Shown here: piece after piece, positions 28,657 through 41,790 of the stretch
Layout: each line of letters begins with the position of its first letter
Position numbering within the stretch: the stretch's first letter is position 1
NCBI GenBank assembly: GCA_964016885.1
Contig: OZ024741.1
Span: forward strand, 288,548,001-288,612,000
DNA: 64,000 bases
DNA from: Eledone cirrhosa
Taxonomy: Eukaryota
Direction: 5' to 3'
Translations under genes and position numbers: made by a program
Notes under the pieces: model-generated
The model's input: the letters and a program-made list of their open reading frames with translations, nothing else
What the model was told of the DNA's origin: nothing
The model's database searches: none

Positions 28657-29016
28657 TAAGTATGTATAGGTAATTTGCATCTCGATATGCAAATTAGGCT
28701 GCTCAGCCGTTAATATGCATAATGAAAGTATATACTTTCAAACGTTCAATCGACTGACAGAAAGGTATACAATGCTGATGACAGGTAATAAGCTAGAAAC
28801 TAGTTCATCGTTCCTTTGTCAGTGTTGAACAAAAGGGCAACGATGGTTGCCGAACAATGTACGGCTTAATTCGGGCTGTTTGTTTACAAACAAACCGAGC
28901 ATTATAATAAATGTTCGGTAAACCCATACGTACATATATATATATACATGTGTGTGCATATATGTATATACATACTAGTGTACGTCTGTATACATATATG
29001 TATGTACGTATACATA

Positions 29017-29020
<4 letters not shown>
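28657..29020 (+). mobile_element. Single-copy diverged relative of the 466-bp unit, with short inverted termini (TAAGTATGTATA) in a TA context
   Basis: Shares the ordered motifs ATGCAAATTAG.CTGC, GCTGATGA..GAAACTAGTTCA, GTTTACA, TCGGTA, CATACTAGT and GTATACATAT. Its 3' part recurs at 54352-54381 and (minus) 54915-55078. Confidence 0.75.
28770..28810 (+). ncRNA. Type I hammerhead ribozyme (weakened stem II)
   Basis: CAATG-CTGATGA-caggtaataagcta-GAAA-CTAG-T-T-CATCG. Outer helix ACTGACAGAAAGG/CCTTTGTCAGT. Confidence 0.65.
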
Positions 29021-29084
<64 letters not shown>

Positions 29085-29087
<3 letters not shown>

Positions 29088-29491
29088 AGTATATTTTGAA
29101 ACAGTGTGCGAGTTTGAAATTAGAAGTATAAGCTATCACTGTATTTTTACATAAAGAAATTTTTAGCCTGATAGTGGGGTTTAGAACCCTCAGAGAAATG
29201 GAAAAAGATGAGTATTGACGTACATGTGAGTTTCTAATTTCAAACTCGTTCACAGTTTCAAAACATACTTACTTGTCATCATACTTGCTAAGAATGTGGC
29301 TTCTAATTTGAATGGAAGGAGATGGGTGATGTATTGGTGTAATGGTAGCATGGTGGTCTGAATAACCAAAGATGTGGGTTCGACTAACATGTACGTCAGT
29401 ACTCATCTTTTTCCATTTCTCTGAGGGTTCTAAACCCCACTATCAGGCTAAAAATTTCTTTAGTCAAAAATACGGTGATAGCTTATATTTC

Positions 29492-29497
<6 letters not shown>
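29085..29497 (+). mobile_element. TA-flanked element with a 257-nt circularly permuted monomer, an internal tRNA-like module and an inverted arm
   Basis: 29085-29227 is the reverse complement of 29388-29497 continuing into 29234-29271. TTCTAATTT is repeated 257 nt apart. Confidence 0.75.
29328..29398 (+). pseudogene. tRNA-like sequence (Pol III A/B boxes), not a functional tRNA
   Basis: Acceptor GATGTAT/GTACGTC, TGGTGTAATGGTAGCA D arm, GGTTCGACT T loop. Anticodon and T stems are imperfect. Confidence 0.6.
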
Positions 29498-29524
<27 letters not shown>

Positions 29525-29530
<6 letters not shown>

Positions 29531-29836
29531 CCTAAGTGAAAATATCAATTTGGGGGTATATACGCTAGACCGGCTAAAATAAGCCAGTTTTACTTATACT
29601 GTTCCCCGACCGTGATTTCTGGAACACAAAAACAACATTAATCATGTCAAGACATTGGAATAACCAATATTGGAAGAATCAAAGTTCCTTCATCGGGAGG
29701 AGAATCCTATGGAATAAGGGGACATACCATGTCGTTGCCAGACCGCATGGTGAACAACGGTCGGGGAACTGTGTAAGTAAAACCGACTTACTTTAGCCGT
29801 TGCTTATATCCCGCCAAAATGAGATTTTGGTTTAAT
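29525..29836. repeat. Long imperfect inverted repeat (foldback)
   Basis: CGGCTAAAATAAGCCAGTTTTACTTATACTGTTCCCCGACCGT pairs with ACGGTCGGGGAACTGTGTAAGTAAAACCGACTTACTTTAGCCG. Confidence 0.75.
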
Positions 29837-29922
29837 TTTATTACTTCACTGAGTAGATAATATATTTAATATATTAATACCTCTTATCCTTTCATTGAGA
29901 TGTTTGCGTATTAGAAACAGTT

Positions 29923-30930
<1,008 letters not shown>

Positions 30931-31192
30931 ATGTACATAAGGTTTTCAAATAACTTATTCAATGTACCAAGGAAATCTTTCTTTAGTCCCTCACCTCCAC
31001 CACTTTTAAAATTTGGTCCACATGTTTCCAGCTCTTAAATCATCTACCAACATGTCTCAAGAAATTTGAAAGATGCAGAGGGAAGATTGCGATTAGAACA
31101 CCGAAGAAAAGATCATGTTTAAGCCACTCCAAATGTACTTGGGTATGGTATAGTACAGTGTGCTATCGTATGATATGTTATAGTATGGTATG

Positions 31193-31474
31193 CAGGGGCC
31201 TCGTTTGCCTTAAATATGTGGGAGGCAGGGAGGACAAACCAACATATGTTGATTCTTAAAGGAACATAAATTGCTTATGGTGCCTTTTCCGGACCCTATC
31301 ACATAAGTAAAATTTTACGTTAATTAAATTTTATATATTCAAATGAAGTTCAGATATAAAAAAAAATAAGCTTAAAAAGAATTTATTATATCAAATAAAC
31401 AAAAAATAAAATATAGACGTTTGAAAAAGTGTGGGAAACTTGTCCCCTGGTACCCCTCTGAAACAAGGCCCTTG
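31193..31474. mobile_element. hAT-type MITE
   Basis: TIRs CAGGGGCCTCGTTT / AAACAAGGCCCTTG, with an 8-bp TSD ATGGTATG (31185-31192, 31475-31482). Confidence 0.72.
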
Positions 31475-31639
31475 ATGGTATGGTCCTGTAACACCTGATG
31501 GAGTTGTAGGGGCATCATATTGACATATGACGTTTCTTGGCATTTTAAGCCTGGCGGAGCCCAATCCTCTCCGAGTCTGGATACAGCAGATTTCTTTCAG
31601 AGAAAGATAGAAAGTGAGAGAGATGAAGTGAGAAAGAGA

Positions 31640-31805
31640 TACAGAGGAAGAATCGACTACATTACTAGGCTGGTACATTTTTTATTGGCGTCGAAAGGAT
31701 GAAACGCAAAGTTGACCGCAACGAGATTTGAACTCAAAGAGCCGGAACGAATACCACAAAGCACTCTATCCGACGTTCTAACGACTCTGCCAATTCGCCA
31801 CCTTC
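31640..31805 (-). mobile_element. Diverged tRNA-derived SINE
   Basis: CTGGTAC..AAAGGATGAAA.GCAAAGTTGACC..ATTTGAACTCA..CTGCCAATTCGCCACC. Confidence 0.7.
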
Positions 31806-32524
31806 CAAATGTACTTACCAAAATAAAACCAGCAAAGGAGCATTTGCGTAGTTTATCAAATTACGAGAAACAATAGCCAAAATCTCCCTCAAATCCCACA
31901 TTAACTTCTTAAAATAAGGACACATTGAATGATGGTGGTTATGGTGTTGTTGGGATATTGGTGGTGAGTACGTGTGTACTGGTACACTTAATAGAGATCA
32001 GATGTTATAGAAAAGAGAGGGTAAGTAATATATTTCGTATTGACCGAGAGAGAGAGAAAGAAAGAAACAAAGAGAGGAAACGTAAATTACAGACACACAC
32101 AGATATGCACATGCACATACACACATATACAGTTTATGTATTATATATTTCATAAGGAAGGGGTGGTGGTGTGACTTTGGCAATATGGTGATGGTGGTGA
32201 TGGATGTGGTGGAGGGAGAAATGGGAGGAGAATAAGACATTTGAAAGATGACAGAGATGGAAATTGTGGGAATAGAAACGTGAGGTAAGTCAGTGGTTGT
32301 TGTTGTCGGTGATGCTGGTGATGGTGTTTCGTTGGTGGTGACGCTTTTAGTGAGATTTAGTTAGAACCTTAAGTCTATGAATACAATGTCTCTGGGTACT
32401 CAGTATCTGATAAGATCCCTAAGAGGATCTCATCAGATACTGATCACACAAACACAAACACACACACACACATATACATTCATACACACGCACGCACATT
32501 CATACACACATATATATATATATT

Positions 32525-32559
<35 letters not shown>

Positions 32560-32560
32560 T

Positions 32561-32632
<72 letters not shown>

Positions 32633-32637
<5 letters not shown>

Positions 32638-32810
32638 AGTACAGATTAAAGTTTAAGCAATGAATTTCTGCTTTCACCCTATACGGGATCTTCTAAAGCT
32701 CAGTTTCAGAAGACCCCTTATAGGGTGAAGGCAGAAATTCTTTGCTTAAACTTTAATCTGTACCAATAAAAAATATTTGCCCCTCGGGTTTATATATACT
32801 TATATATTCA
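32633..32810. mobile_element. Head-to-head palindrome of the 22.1-kb family; each arm carries a hammerhead-like motif (32651-32697 minus, 32703-32751 plus)
   Basis: Arms 32633-32697 and 32703-32769. The plus arm reads GTTT-CAGAAGA-cCCCT..AGGGt-GAAG-GCA..TGC-TT-AAAC. Confidence 0.65.
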
Positions 32811-33348
32811 TGTGTACTTCTAGGCGTTTATATTGTTTCAAATGCATCTGTCCATCTGGTCTGTCTTCAGTTCATTACAAAACCCGGAAAAAATCCCACA
32901 TAAATATTATAGAGGTTGGGTTTAATAGAAGAGTTGCTGTTTATTTCTTTTTTGTTGCGTTAAAAGATATTATAGAAGGGAAAGTTTTAAAATGAGCGGT
33001 GGTGATAAGCTCGGAGTGCCAATTTATGGTGTATAGCTCTATAAATGTCATCCAGGGTTCTTCCTTTTAGCCACAAAGTGGCAAGTTACGCCTGGTAACG
33101 CAAGGACCGGATTCTCCATTAAATGGAAAATCCTGAAAAAATCAAGTTATTTTAACGGTAAAAGGGCATGTAAATTGTGCAACAAGGAATGATAAAACAT
33201 GACGACTACATACTACGAAAATATGCCTAAATATGAGGGCTGACTTTTTCAACGACTGCCCATGTGCCTAATAACGATTCTTTAGTGATCCACAAAATGT
33301 TGGTCGATCATATAGCCCGCTTTACTAATTTCAATCAGATACTCACTC

Positions 33349-33895
33349 TATAGAAGATGGATTCTTAGAGAATTCCAGTAATGTTTAAGTGCTGATTAAA
33401 CAGAGTGGTTGCCAGTCCAGCAAAAATAGCGATGTATACATGAATGTATGTGTAGTACATTTGGCAATATACCGTATGTTTAATATACTGTCTGTTTTTA
33501 ATTAAACATACAATATGTTATCAAATATACTATACATACATTTATATATACATCACTATTTCAGAGCACCAATACTAATACCTAATTTCTGCTGGACCGG
33601 CAACCGCTCTGTTTAATCAGCTCTTAAACATTACTGGAATTCTATAAGAATCTATCTTCTATAACTCTCAGCAGAAACGAAGGGGTAAGTAGTCTTGATA
33701 ACCGCTAACGAACGAGACACAGGACTCTCGATTACTCCCCTTTGTTTTTGCCGAAAATAAGTAAGTGACTTAGTCACTACTTTAAAATTCATAGCGAATA
33801 GTCTTCAAAATGTTTTTAATTAAACATACAGTATATTATCAAATATACTATACATGCACTCATATATACATCGCTATTTCAGAGCACCAATACTA

Positions 33896-33898
<3 letters not shown>
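33349..33898. mobile_element. Element with a 318-nt period direct repeat and an inverted arm, ending in (TA)n
   Basis: TGTTTTTAATTAAACATAC at 33493 and 33811. 33349-33484 is an inverted copy of 33501-33663 with an internal deletion. Confidence 0.75.
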
Positions 33899-33935
<37 letters not shown>

Positions 33936-35074
33936 GCACACACATATTCATTTATGTTTTGTGCTTCACCAATGGATAGAACTGGTCATGCCGTTTAGTT
34001 AACATTGCAAAAAACTTTAAAAGGATACACCTAGTCCGGCCTCCCGTTGTTTTAATCATATATGTATGTGTGTACGTGTGTACGTGTGTATGTATATAGA
34101 GGGAGAGAGAAAGATATATAGATGTATATATAGATACATTTATGACTGTGGCATGCTCAGGCACTTTATATCAATCTCACGAGCAAGGAGTTCTATCGTT
34201 AGAACAACTATCGTCAGAACCGACGGAGGTCCAGCATTTACCTCGTTATTATTAAAATTAACAGATAATAAATAAGTGTATAAATATCTATATAAATAAA
34301 TAGTTAAATAAATACATGAAAATTAAGGCCTTCTTATCCCCACCTTCCGTACTTCCTTACCAAAAGATTAGGAGAATGAAGATGGTTGGTGGGTGGAGGC
34401 GGTCATTGATTTATGGCTATCTGTAATCTCCCCCTTGATTCACTTAAAGGGTGGTGTTCCGAGTCCTTAATGGCCGGTGACGAAAGGAAATATAGCAGAG
34501 ACAAGGGTCGAGGGTTTATAATGGCAGTGTATGTGTGTGTGTGGGGGGGGGGGGGGGTGTTATACAGCGGCGTTAGTTGAAGGTGGTAGAAGTGAAGGTG
34601 TTATTTGGTGGTGGTAGTTGTTAATGCTGTTACTGTTTGTGTGTGTACATACACACACACATACACACACATATATACACACATGCACACACACATACAC
34701 ACACACATACACATATATATACATACACATATGTGTGTATGTGTGAGTTTGTGTGTATATATATAGATAGATATATACATATGCACGTAGATATATATAT
34801 ATATATATGTTAATGATACAAGTGTTTGTCGTATAGCCCTTGGTCAATCATGATTGAGGAGACCTATGATCAAAGGCATTCCAGCCATGGCCATGCTTTT
34901 ATACATTTTGCAGGCGTTTGCGATTGTATTATTCCGCGCAACCTCCCCATGATGAGATTTGAAGGTATTTGGCTGCTATTTCTAGCAGGTTAAGTAACAT
35001 CATAGATGCGTCTTTATTAGCTCGTGGTAATGGAGGTGGATGGAGTTTGGTGGTAGTGGTTTCTGTGGTATGGT

Positions 35075-35153
35075 GTGGTGGTTGTTGTTGTTGGTGTGGT
35101 GGTGGTAGCAGTTGAGATAACTGTGATGATGATGATAGTGATGATGATGATGG

Positions 35154-35247
<94 letters not shown>

Positions 35248-35303
35248 AATGATGATAATGATGACGATGATGATGATGATGATGATGATGATTATGATGA
35301 TGA

Positions 35304-35335
<32 letters not shown>

Positions 35336-35691
35336 AGAACGATGTTCGACAATTAGCAGAGAACCTTTTTTGTTTTGTCAGATAGAGGTGGGAGTTGATT
35401 GGTGTATGTTTGGATGTAGGGGAGAGAGGTGTCGTATGTTCTTTTGATCTAATATATATATATATACATATATATATATATGTGTGTGTGTGTGTATTAA
35501 CAAGTACAACATTGCTATGGCTAATTGTTGTTGTTATTATTGTTGTTTTTTGTTGTTAAGGTCGTAAATCGACGGAAATTGTAGTGGTCTGTACTAATTT
35601 ACTTTTGGTATAAACACCGCCCCTTCTATCATCTAAGTTCAAATTCCATTTCGTCGTCATCTTCATCGTGAACACCACCACCACCACCACC

Positions 35692-35725
<34 letters not shown>

Positions 35726-35805
35726 TCGTCGTCATCATCATCGTCGTCACCATCATCATCATCATCATCATTATCATCATCCTCGTCATCATCATCATCA
35801 CCACC
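35075..35805. repeat. (GAT)n and (CAT)/(CAC)n trinucleotide microsatellites
   Basis: Read directly from the sequence. The poly-Met and poly-Ile ORFs are artefacts. Confidence 0.9.
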
Positions 35806-36159
35806 GTCCCGCATCATCCGAAGTTGAGCTGGATCAATGTAAAAAATACGTACAGGAATTTAAAATTTAAGATGAAGGAAAGAAAAATTAGTCCAACCGT
35901 TGAATTTGAACCTAGATCACTAGAGGATGAAAGTAAATAATACCTACAATATATTATACGTGTATTTATACTAATTCCTCTCTCTTGGGCTACCGATTGT
36001 GTTATATCTCACCATCAAAAAGAGAAATCAATACAATTAATTGTAGGGTAAGATTTGCTCTAGCCATTAGAAGGTTCGCAGTCTCGTTGGTTCATGTCGT
36101 TTCATCCCGAGCGGGAATCCTCAGACAATGTCAGTACGGATAAGATATAAGATGTAATA

Positions 36160-36700
36160 TTGATTTCTAATTTAGGCACAAGATCAGTAAATTTTTTGAT
36201 GATAGGGCAACATTGATTAAATCAACCTAGTACTTGAAATCAACCTAGTACTTGACATATGCTATATTTTATCAACCACTGAATGATGTGAGGCGAAGTT
36301 GATCTTGGCAGGATTTGAACACAAAATGTAAATAACCAGATTAAATACCGCAATGACCTTTTATCCAATAATCTATGAATTCTGCTGATCCCGCATCCTC
36401 ATAAAAGATGTAATACCGACCCCGAATTTAGGCAGCGCAATGCCAATAATTTTGGAAGAAGGGGGAGTCGATTATATTGACCGGTCTCTCATTTTATCGA
36501 CCTCAGAAGGTTGAAAGTTCAAAGTTGATCTCGAACAAATGGAAAAAATACCACAATACATTTGTCCGACAGTCTAATGACTTTGCCAATTCACTACCAT
36601 TAAGGTTAACTTTGCCTTTCATCCTTAAGGGGTCGATAAAATAAAGTACCAGTAATACACTGGGATAATTACTGGCCTTGTGCCAAAAGTAGAAACAATT
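36160..36700. mobile_element. Cluster of diverged SINE copies (two minus, one partial plus)
   Basis: TTAGGCACAAG and GGATTTGAAC motifs, plus the plus-strand core at 36603-36700. Confidence 0.65.
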
Positions 36701-37824
36701 ATTAATATGTGATGCATTATTGAAAAGAATGTTGCATATAGATAGGATAGGAGGAAGTATCTAAGTAAATCAAATCATAGGCGTAGAATTGAGAGGAAAT
36801 GGTCACTGCCTAGAAGCAAAACTATGATATTAATTCTGCCTGACCTTGTACTGTCTATAGATCAAATCTCGTTAATAAGACAGGAATGCATTTAGATTCA
36901 ACCATAAATGAAGGAACGGAATAGCATATTTTATCATGACTGTCTATGTATTATACCCCCTTGATGGAATGACCCAGGGTTTGACCCAACAAAGGACATT
37001 TCTGGGCATTTCTGGGCATTTCTGGGAAAAAGCCAATTGTTACCCATGCATACAAATCTCTCTTCTCATGACACCGATGTTGTCGAAAGGATAGACAAAA
37101 GCCGATACAGCTTGGTACCAATATCATCATAATTTATCTTCCTCCTAGCTGAATGGACTTGAGCAATGTGAAATAATTCATCATGCTCACGAGTACAACG
37201 TGTCACCTTGATACGAGAATCGAACTTATGAGCTTACGATTTCGAGACAAATACTCTAACTATTAAGTTAGGCGTCTTCACTTCACTTTCTTCTGAAAAT
37301 ATATGTTGAAACTTGACGGGTGAGAGGTGGGCTATATAGAAAGTCTTTGAAGGTGAAAACTGTTTGCGTTAGAAAACTACACAGCCGTAATGCACCTAAC
37401 GACGGCAGCAACAACTATACAGTGATCTACATCAATTTACACCGTTACATACAAATATTCAGCAATAAATACGTCTAATAATATAGCTGTGTTGTTTTTT
37501 TTCTTCTTTTCTGCGCCATTTTGTTTCAAATAATCTTAAAACTATTCACGCTCTATTATATAGCCAGAGGCGGGAAATCATTTACAATTGAGTTTAGAGT
37601 GAAAAAGTAAAAGACAACAAACACATGTAAAAAGAATATATAAAAACAAACAAACAAACAAGCAAAATGCAAATAAACAAACAAAAGAAACATTAAATTA
37701 ACAAGAACAACAACAATGGTGGCGAAAAAGAAGAATCAACGATGCAAACAAAACTTAATAAAATAGAGAAGAACAAAACGTAAAAATAAGTATAGAAAGT
37801 AAGAAATAACAAAGAAAAAAAATC

Positions 37825-39140
<1,316 letters not shown>

Positions 39141-39685
39141 CATTCGTCCGCACACAACCACCGCCAAGACCAACACCACCACCACCACCACCACCACCAA
39201 CACCACCACCACAACCACCAACCAGCGCCACTACCACCACCACAACCACCACCACCAACAATAACAACGATGCCATCAACATTTGATTGTCTACTGTATA
39301 CGGCAAGTTAAGTGGCGGCAGGATTTGTAAGGCAGTTTTCTTGGAAAATCTTCCTTCAACAACCTCTACCTTGCTGATTTATTTACTCCAATTCCACTCC
39401 TCCAACTGGCAAATATCGCTAATGAACACTTTGAACTGACGTTCAAAGAATTTTCAACGAAAACCAAAACGATTCCTATTTCAATTCACCATAATGACCC
39501 GGATAATGGTCACCTGAACAAGGGTGATGTTATATTTAGGGGTTATCCATTACAGGAAGAGATTTAAAGAGATTCTATGTATGTATGTATGTATGTATGT
39601 ATGTATGTATGTATTTATGTATGTATGTATGTATTTATGTATGTATTTATGTATGTATATATTTATATATGTATGTATGTATACA

Positions 39686-39735
<50 letters not shown>

Positions 39736-39948
39736 GAGAGAGAGGGGGGGGAGAGGGGAGAGAGAGAGAGCGAGAGAGAGGGAGAGAGAGAGAGAGAGAG
39801 AATATAGTTAGATATATAATAGATACTGGCATACAAACATATAAACACACATACATACAGACAAATAGAGTCATACACATATACCGATGAACACGTAAAA
39901 GTGTGTGAAACGAGGCTATAGATTGTATACTTTATTTACACACACGCG

Positions 39949-39982
<34 letters not shown>

Positions 39983-40135
39983 CATATACACTGGCGGAAT
40001 ACACAAGAGAACGCACACATATACTACCAAGTCTACTATTTGCGAATTTTTCACCAAATGTAACTGCTATATAAGTACACCTATGTAACGATATTTAGAT
40101 ACATGCCTATGTATAAATATATATGTATAAACATA

Positions 40136-40209
<74 letters not shown>

Positions 40210-40552
40210 TGTATACAGGTATATAAATACACACACACACACATATATATATATATATGTATGCGTGTGTATGTGTGTTTATATACATTTATATATACAT
40301 ACATACATACATACATACTTACATATTATAAAGAGTCGGGTTCCAACAATGACTGCGCTCTTGCTGTTTCAACAGCTAAACGGCAAGAGCTCAGCCGGCG
40401 GGTCCCGTATATTTATAATATAATCATACTCTACTACCCCAAGTATCGAGTACTCTGGTGAGTAATGGTCTAACCAGTTTCAAACTGAATCCATCTTGAT
40501 TTATACACATACATTTATATATGTATGCATTATATACAAGAATATTTATTTA

Positions 40553-40929
40553 TAATTGTTTCTACGTTAGGCACAAGGCCAGCAATTACCCAGTGCATTA
40601 CTGGTACTTTATTTTATCGACGCCGTAAGGATGAAAGGCAAAGTTAACCTTGGCGGAATTTGAACTCAGAATGGCAAGGGCCGTAACTCTATACGTCAAA
40701 GCATGGCGTCCGACCTCTACCAATACTGCCAATTTACTTATAATTGTTTCTACTTTTGACACAAAGCCAGCAATTACCCAGTGCATTACTGGTACTTTAT
40801 TTTATCGACCCCGTAAGGATGAAAGGCAAAGTCAACCTCGGCGGGATTTGAACTCAGATCGTAAAGGGACGTAACTATGCTGGAAAGCATGGCGTCCGAC
40901 CCTCCACCGATACTGCCAATCCACCGCCA
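40553..40929 (-). mobile_element. Two head-to-tail tRNA-derived SINEs
   Basis: Reverse complements of the 17679 and 26999 copies. Confidence 0.88.
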
Positions 40930-41173
40930 ATTTACTTACAATGTTGGTAATCTACTGAGAGAGCGAAATGTGAATCTCGGATTGGTGTCTGAGACATCTC
41001 AAGATTGTTTTTTATTACTCAACGTTTCAAATAGAGTAAAGTCTCTTATGTCTTTATACCCCTAACGTATCTATAAAGTAATTGGGTTTATTTAACAAAC
41101 ATGTTTTCGCACACAATTAACCAGAAATATTAGAGAAGCTTCAAGACTAGTACTGTGGAAACACAACAGTTAA

Positions 41174-41358
41174 CCCTTTAGCATTTAAACCGACCATATC
41201 CAGCCAGAATTCTCTCGCCTCTTTCTGTTCAAACCGGCTGTAACCAGCCACTCATACTGATGTTAAAGTATTCTCAAAATAAATATATTCGATATGTGAG
41301 ATAAAGCATGTACCGTGAAAATACAATAGTATATATAAAGTAATGTAATGCTAAAGTG
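41174..41358. mobile_element. piggyBac-type MITE
   Basis: TTAA-CCCTTTAGCATT ... AATGCTAAAGTG-TTAA. Confidence 0.78.
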
Positions 41359-41790
41359 TTAAGGTAAAAAAAACGTAATTTAATTCGATAAATTGTGTGG
41401 GTTTGCAGACGTAATTGTTTTCTATACCTTTCTGAAAGGCCTAGAATTCGGTAGAAAATTTACCTCCGTTAGAATGAACGCTATGGATGCATCCGTGGAG
41501 GAGAAGTATCCAATTTTATGGGGCGTTTTTGGCATCCTCAAAAATGAACCGGCTCCATAATTTCGGACCTTGTGAAGATGGCAATTTAGCAAATATATAG
41601 ATGAGTGAGCGTATGATATAAAACATTCCAGTTGTGAACATCCTCTTTATTTATTGTGTGCAGCTAATGTCATAGCCCAAACGCCTATGTACATCAAATA
41701 GGTGTTGTGTTACCATGTCGTGCATAGAAATATCAGTACTCTTACTTTTAGGACAAACCTAGTACACATACATACATACATACATACATA

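Noticed and set aside
37285-37329. CTGAAAA..GAAAC..GTG hammerhead-like motif; similar weak cases at ~41015-41040, ~41909-41948, ~49778-49830 and ~56860-56900
   Set aside because: Each has an uncompensated core change, a missing core, or G at the cleavage position.
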